DNA of 64,000 nucleotides from Octopus vulgaris (taxonomy: Eukaryota). The position numbers and the translations under genes were made by a program. This document shows, piece by piece, positions 35,494 to 64,000 of this stretch (position 1 is its first letter; each line of letters begins with the position of its first letter). The DNA lies in the NCBI GenBank assembly GCA_951406725.2, contig OX597824.1, forward strand, positions 68,076,001-68,140,000, given 5' to 3'. The notes below the pieces were generated by a model, which worked only from the letters and a program-made list of their open reading frames with translations, searched no databases and had not been told where the DNA came from.

Positions 35494-36680
35494 TCAGGTC
35501 ATTAAGAATTAAATGTCCGATTTTCTTATAGACCATGTTTGACAGCCGCTAACTCTAAAGTTTTATCATGACAATTTTTTGTTTTACAACATTGAAGAGT
35601 TACATCATCACTTTTCGAAATGTATCTGATTATATTGTGACTTTTCTCTTCTAAATCAATTTTTGTTAACCCATGGATAGATAAAAAATTCGTGTTGTTT
35701 ATGAATACAAGTTTTGTCGTGGGACCAATGCATCCCAGACAGCTCGAAACATCAATTAGGTGTTTGGTAAAGATAACGCGAATGAGCGCTCTGTACGTTG
35801 ATGCATTGAGCAGTTACGGTCTGCTGACTTTACTCTTGAAAATCAGCTCCGTGGTTGACCTGAGACCAAGATGTAAAACTGATCTGCCGGAAACTGTAGT
35901 GGAAGCAGATAGATCTCAAACTACGCGTGAGTTAGCAGCAATGTTTGATGTTTCAATTCCAACTGTATTGGACCATCTGAAACAAATCAGCAGAGTAAAG
36001 AAGCTGGACAAGTGGGCACAACACGAACTGAACAAACATCAAATGATATGTCATCTTGAAACTTGCTGTTCTTTGCTGTTACGGCATAAAAGTGAGCCAT
36101 TTTTGCATCGTACTCTTTCGTGTGATGAAAACTGAATTCACTTCAACAATAGCAAGCGTTCTGCATGGTGGTTAGATAGAAGCGAAATGCCAAAACACAG
36201 TCCAAAAAACAATATTCACCAAAAAAAGCTAATGGAGTCTGTTTGATGGTCCAGTGCAGGTATCATCTATTACAGCTTCATGAGACCTGGTAACCCAATT
36301 ACAGCTGATGTATACGTCAACCAGTTGGATGAAATGATGAGTGAACTTGAAATTAAACAACCGAGATTGGTCAATAGAGACAGGCCAATTCTCTTGTATG
36401 ACAATGCTCGAACACATGTTGCACAAAGAACGCTACTCAAGTTACAGAAACTGAACTTGGAAGTGCTCTGTCATCCACCATATTCACCAATCCTTGCACC
36501 AACTGACCATCATATTTTCCAGGTATTAGACAACTTTTTGCAAGGAAAAAACTTCAAATCTGAAGATGCAAAAACAGCCTTTCGTGATTTCATCACCTCT
36601 TGCTCTCCAGAATTCTTCGCTGCCGGCATAAATATGCAACAGATAAAATGGCAAAATTTACATTCATACTTTGATTAACT
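35494..36680 (+). mobile_element. Mariner transposon, defective
   Basis: KKLDKWAQHEL, CDEN, ILLYDNARTH, HPPYSPILAPTDHH motifs with frameshifts and stops. Confidence 0.88.
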
Positions 36681-36697
36681 GCATTGCTTTTTTTTTT

Positions 36698-37040
36698 GGA
36701 ACAGGCGGATCAGAGTGGAGAGGGAGATGCTCCCTTCTAGCAAATTTATTGTAGGGTGGATGAGAGTGGCGATCATGGTTCGTGTGAACGGGCCTGCTCT
36801 GAGCATGCGCTTCTGAATGGAATAAGAGAGGAAGAACTTGTCTAAGTGGACAGGGAAACTGTAATTTTCTATGGGTTTGTACGATTTTCCCTTGGAAGTC
36901 TATTTTGGGAATTGTAATTGTTTAATCTTGTTCATTTTTTTGTTATTGTTTTATATATTTACACGGTAAACCCTGCCCTTTGTACCTTTGTATTTGCGTG
37001 TCTGTGCGTTCTATACAAGCCCATGTGGCCAATAAAGACA
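36698..37040 (+). mobile_element. Probable LINE 3' end fragment
   Basis: Coding-like remnant, then a T-rich 3' UTR ending agcccatgtggccAATAAAga, similar to the SINE family 1 tail. Confidence 0.45.
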
Positions 37041-37049
37041 CATTATTAT

Positions 37050-37262
37050 TAAGGCAGTGGGCTAGCTGAATCATTAGCACGCTGGGCGAAATTCTTAGCA
37101 GTATTTCGTCTATCGCTACGTTCTGAGTTCAAATTCCGCCGAGGTCGACTTCGCATTTCATCCTTTCGGAATCGATAAATTGAGTACCAACGAGACACTG
37201 GGATCAATGTAGTCAACCTACCTCCTCCCCGAAACTTCAGGCCTTGTGTCTGCAGTAGAAAG
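37050..37262 (+). mobile_element. SINE family 1 copy
   Basis: Consensus match. Confidence 0.8.
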
Positions 37263-37308
<46 letters not shown>

Positions 37309-37309
37309 G

Positions 37310-37977
<668 letters not shown>

Positions 37978-38707
37978 GCTGCTGCTGCTGCTGCTGCTGT
38001 TATTATTCACTGAACTACCGCATAATGTATCTATAACGTTACTTAGAAAGCCAGTGTGCTGTAGGTACCCATTTTAAGGTCTAATCAGGTCCACTTTGAT
38101 AAGGTGACATACTGTAAGGTTTATCGTCTCTGAAGTGTTTTATTGAAACAGAACCCAGTATGGCATTTAGTAGAAAGACTTTCCTTTCATCGTTCTACTC
38201 TTCACAGACCTGCGACCTTAGATAAAGAGCAGACTGAGAATGGATATGCATTGATTTTCCTTAATAATTTTTAATACAAGGAACTGATACAGTGTGGACT
38301 GGTCCCAAAGTAAACATGCAGGAATTCCCTCCCATTCTCAAAAGATCGCCACCATCATGCCCTACATAAAAGTCGTATAAAATGTACATTTATAAAGTGT
38401 AACAGTTGAAATACAGAAATAGGCGCAGGTGTGATTGTGTGGTAAGAATTTGCTTCCTAACCACATGGTTGGAACCTTAAGCAAGTATCTTCTACTATTT
38501 ACCTCGGGTCGACCTAAGCCTTATGAGTGGATTTCGCAAACTGAAACTGAAAGAAGCCTGTCGTATGTATGTGTGTTTGTGAGTGTGTGTCCCACACCAT
38601 CGCTTGAAACCCGGTGTTTGTTTCTTTACGTTTCCATAAGTCAGCGATTTGACGAAAGAGACCGATAAAGTAAGTACTAGTCTTTAAGAGAAATTAAAAC
38701 TGGAGTC

Positions 38708-38833
38708 CATTTATTTACATTATTTACATTCGACGGATATTTATCCTCATCTTGTACGCATATGGCGTAGTGGTTAAGAGCGCGGGCTACTAACCTCAAG
38801 ATTCCGAGTTTGATTCCAAGCAGTGACCTGAAC

Positions 38834-38901
<68 letters not shown>

Positions 38902-39093
38902 CAATAATAATAATAATAACATCGAAGAATACCTTAGGAATGAGAACCCAGGTTCGAAATTTCCCCAAGACACCTGAAGAAGGCTGGAGGGTATATCAGC
39001 CGAAACGTTGTGTTAACAACAAACAAGATGAGGACAAATATCCGTCGAATGTAAATAATGTACATAATTACTCATCTCTTAAATATAGAACTG
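38708..39093 (+). mobile_element. tRNA-headed, hammerhead-containing SINE-like element with an inverted copy of its tail at the 5' side
   Basis: A box TGGCGTAGTGG (38763-38773), B box GAGTTTGATTCC (38806-38817), (AAT)n, hammerhead, tail; aactggagtc duplicated at 38698 and 39089; nested in a family 2 SINE. Confidence 0.8.
38970..39013 (+). ncRNA. Minimal type I hammerhead ribozyme
   Basis: acac CUGAAGA a ggcug-gaggguauau-cagcc GAAAC GUU^ gugu; perfect stems I and II, palindromic AACGUU in place of stem III. Confidence 0.78.
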
Positions 39094-39583
39094 GAGTCGA
39101 TTTCTTCGCCTAAACACTTCAAGAGGGTATCCAATATGGCCATAGTGTAATGAGTAAAACAAGTAAAAGATAATTTGTTGTAATTTGTTGTAATTCGATT
39201 TATTCTGAATAATGTTAACATTTTGTGACAATAATATGAAAACAAATACATTAAAATACTGTGAAAACTTAAACCAAGATGTGAGGAAAATGTTATAATT
39301 CAAAGGAAATTCTGGATAGTAGCACCAATGATAACTATACACTAATGTCTCGGTATACGAGTTAATTTGTCCTTTGAGACCGCTCGTAAAGTGAAAACTC
39401 GTAAAACAGAGCAATAATCCCCCATAGTAGCAATGTTATAATTGTAATTCGTTCCCAGAAAAATATTTAATCTATAAAATTTATAATATTCGTAAATAGA
39501 TGGCAATAAAACAATAGTAAAATGTAAAGAACAATGAATGTAAAGATCATTTATGATAAATAATGTTATTATTCTTCTTCTTC

Positions 39584-39626
<43 letters not shown>

Positions 39627-40099
39627 CGTTTTCAGAATCACTTTCACTCGCACTAAACTCGCGCCCACCATCACTTGTAGAAGTAATCGCTGATTCACAA
39701 GCACTTGTAGACGGACTTAGAGAGTTATTTCCTTAGAAGAAGCATTTTATAAATTTCCCGGTAACAAGTTGAAGCGTTTGTTGTGGTAGCAGAAACTTTT
39801 GCACTTCGTTTACTTGTGTTCGAAAAATAAAACTCGTAAACCCAGAGTCACGTAAAGTGGGTCCCCTTAAAGTGAGGTATTACTATATTTATTTTAATCA
39901 TTGACAGACAACAATAGATTTGTGTGACAGAGCAAACTGTTGATCAATATGACTTCTGTATATTATTTTACTTTTCATTTATACAAGGGAGATAAAAAGC
40001 GAAATTTGATCTTAAACATAAACGGGTGTGATGAAATATGCCTTTTGTTTGCTGCTCTACTATTTCTGATAACCACATGTCCCACCATTTTTATCGTAA

Positions 40100-40250
40100 T
40101 TTAAGAGAAATTAAAACTGGAGTCCATTTATTTACATTATTTACATTCGACGGATATTTATCCTCATCTTGTACGCATATGGCGTAGTGGTTAAGAGCGC
40201 GGGCTACTAACCTCAAGATTCCGAGTTTGATTCCAAGCAGTGACCTGAAC

Positions 40251-40290
<40 letters not shown>

Positions 40291-40396
40291 TCGAAGAATA
40301 CCTTAGGAATGAGAACCCAGGTTCGAAATTTCCCCAAGACACCTGAAGAAGGCTGGAGGGTATATCAGCCGAAACGTTATGTTAACAACAAACAAG
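40100..40396 (+). mobile_element. Second, 3'-truncated copy of the tRNA-hammerhead element with the same upstream flank
   Basis: Near-identical to 38683-39027 except for a shorter (AAT)n. Confidence 0.85.
40339..40382 (+). ncRNA. Hammerhead motif, stem I weakened (gugu changed to augu)
   Basis: Same core as 38970-39013 with a G>A change right after the cleavage site. Confidence 0.6.
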
Positions 40397-40899
40397 CATG
40401 GATAGAGCAAAGTCACGAATGTGGGTGGGGTTTGAAATTACATAATAGTTTATATTAACTTGGCTGGTACTTTGTTTTATCTTCCTCAATAGAGTATGAT
40501 AAAAAGACAAGATCAACCACGGTGAGATTTGAACTTAAATCATAAAATGACGTAACTTCATACTGCAGAGTACATTGACTTTTGTTCAATCGATATTGCC
40601 AGTTTCCTCTCTCGTTACCACTAACCCTTCGCCTGTCCTATGTATCATGTGATGTACAGGGCATATTTCCCTAGCACCCATGCATTAGATATGATACACA
40701 TACGCAATTTTTTTAACAACCAAAGTAACTACGAACTTATGAAAGAAAAGTTTTATATTACTCAGCATATGAAACAAGGGTGTGACTAAAAGTTTGCAAA
40801 TAATTATGGATGATTAATACAGATGTATTAAAACGCTTTGCACAGATAAAAGTTTAATTAACGCAAGACGCAGAGGCACTTTTATTATTTTTAGAGTAA

Positions 40900-42140
40900 A
40901 AGGCAACGAGTACACCTGACAGAATGCTTTGCAGCATTTCGTCCAAATTTACGTCCTGAGTTCAAATTCCGCCGACGTCGACTTTGCCTTTCATCCTTTC
41001 GGAGGCGATGAAATAAGTACCACCTTACGCACTGGGGTCGATGTAACCGACTTATTTTCCCCCACCCCCACCAAAAAAAATGTCAGGCCTTATGTCTTTA
41101 GTAGAAAGGATTATTTATAGAACAAAAGGCGGTGAGTTGACAGAATCATGACCGTGCCGGACAAAATACTTTGCGGCAATTCTGAGTTCAAATACTGCCG
41201 GAGTCAACTTTGCCTTCATCCTTTCGGGAACGTTGAAATATGTACCAGTTGATCACTAATATCAATATAATCGACTTATCTCCGCCCCACTTTGAAATTG
41301 GTGGCCTTGTACCAGAATTTGAAATCATTGTATATAGAAGGATAAAGCGACGAGATGACAAAATCCTTATAGCGCCGGACAAAATGCTTAGCAAAATTTC
41401 TTCCAGCTCTTTACATTCTGAGTTTAAATCCCGCCGTGGTCAACTTTGTCTTTCGTCCTTTCGAGATCGATATAATAAAGCGCCAGTCAAGTACTGGCCT
41501 TGTGTCAAAATGTTTAACATTTATAGAATAAAGGTAAGGTAGCAATCTGGCAGAATCGTTAGCGCGTTGGACAAAGTGCCTCTAGGCACTCGTTCTATCT
41601 CTTTATGTCCCGATTTCAAATCCCACCGAGGTCAACTTTGCCTTTCGTACTTTCGGGGGTCGATAAAATCAAGTACCAGTCAAGTGCTGAGGTCACTGTA
41701 ATCAACTTCTAAATACCATCGGCCTTGTGCAATAAATTGAAACAAATACATTGGACTTTTTATTTGTTGTGTTTACGATATGAGTTAATTCTGCCTACAT
41801 TCACTTTGCTTTACCAAAGACGATAAAATAAAGTACCAGTAATGTACAGGAATAGATTTAATTAGCTAATTCATGCCCCTCAAATTTCAAATCATGTCCT
41901 TAAGTTTAAAACGATTAATTACTGAAGAAAGATGGTGGATTAGCAAATTCTTTACAGCCTCAGGCATATATCCCTTTCAGTATTTTTCTTTGTAGTACTT
42001 TGCGTTCTGAGTTCAAAACCTATCGAGATCAATTTTGCTTTTCGTATTTCTGAGAACGATGAGATAAAATATCAGTCTACTTTTAAGGTTCCTTTGATTG
42101 ACTAAAAATTCGTCTCCAAATAGCTGGCGTTGTACCTAGA
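40900..42140 (+). mobile_element. Head-to-tail run of about 6 degenerate family 1 SINEs
   Basis: Repeated ctgagttcaaat...gtc(g/a)actttgccttt...ataaaat units. Confidence 0.75.
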
Positions 42141-42216
42141 TAAGACATCTTTAACCCAAAAATAAATCCAGATCCTCATGAGTAAAAGTGTGATTGAAAG
42201 CTTTTTTCTTCCTTCC

Positions 42217-63856
<21,640 letters not shown>

Positions 63857-63920
63857 CTGGAAACGGTATAGAGTTGGTCTTCTTTATTATACATACATAC
63901 ACACATACATATATATATAT

Positions 63921-64000
63921 ACGAAGGTGGGCCGAACAGTTCATAGGCTAACTAAGAAGGACTTAGCATACAATATTTAAACTTGGCATGCATTAAATTC
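63921..64000 (+). mobile_element. Start of another probable mariner-type element
   Basis: TA followed by cgaaggtgggccgaacagttcatagg, a mariner-like TIR; runs off the window. Confidence 0.4.

Noticed and set aside
38758-38830. Functional tRNA gene
   Set aside because: A and B boxes are present but the acceptor and T stems do not pair well, and it is embedded in a repeated element; treated as a SINE head.

Overview
Eukaryotic, AT-rich, microsatellite- and transposon-dense DNA, probably from a coleoid cephalopod such as Octopus (inferred from the SINE families and repeat landscape, not proven). Two convergent SLC22/organic-cation-transporter-like (MFS) paralogs can be assembled by hand. One is a 10-exon gene on + (3968-26920) with an apparent 1-nt frameshift in a T7 run. 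The other is represented by its last 7 exons on - (63856-42217) and has one GC-AG intron. Introns and the intergenic gap hold mariner/Tc1 elements, Helitrons, R4/Dong and L1/Tx1-type LINE fragments, Penelope-like remnants, several tRNA-derived SINE families and a MITE family carrying TTAGGG repeats. The most striking feature is about 8 minimal type I hammerhead ribozyme motifs in at least 4 small repeat families. These include a near-identical 3 x 546-bp tandem array with one hammerhead per highly self-complementary monomer (retrozyme/circular-RNA-like), and a tRNA-headed SINE with a hammerhead whose separately inserted 3' fragments start exactly at the predicted self-cleavage site. Most ORFs in the supplied track are microsatellite artefacts.
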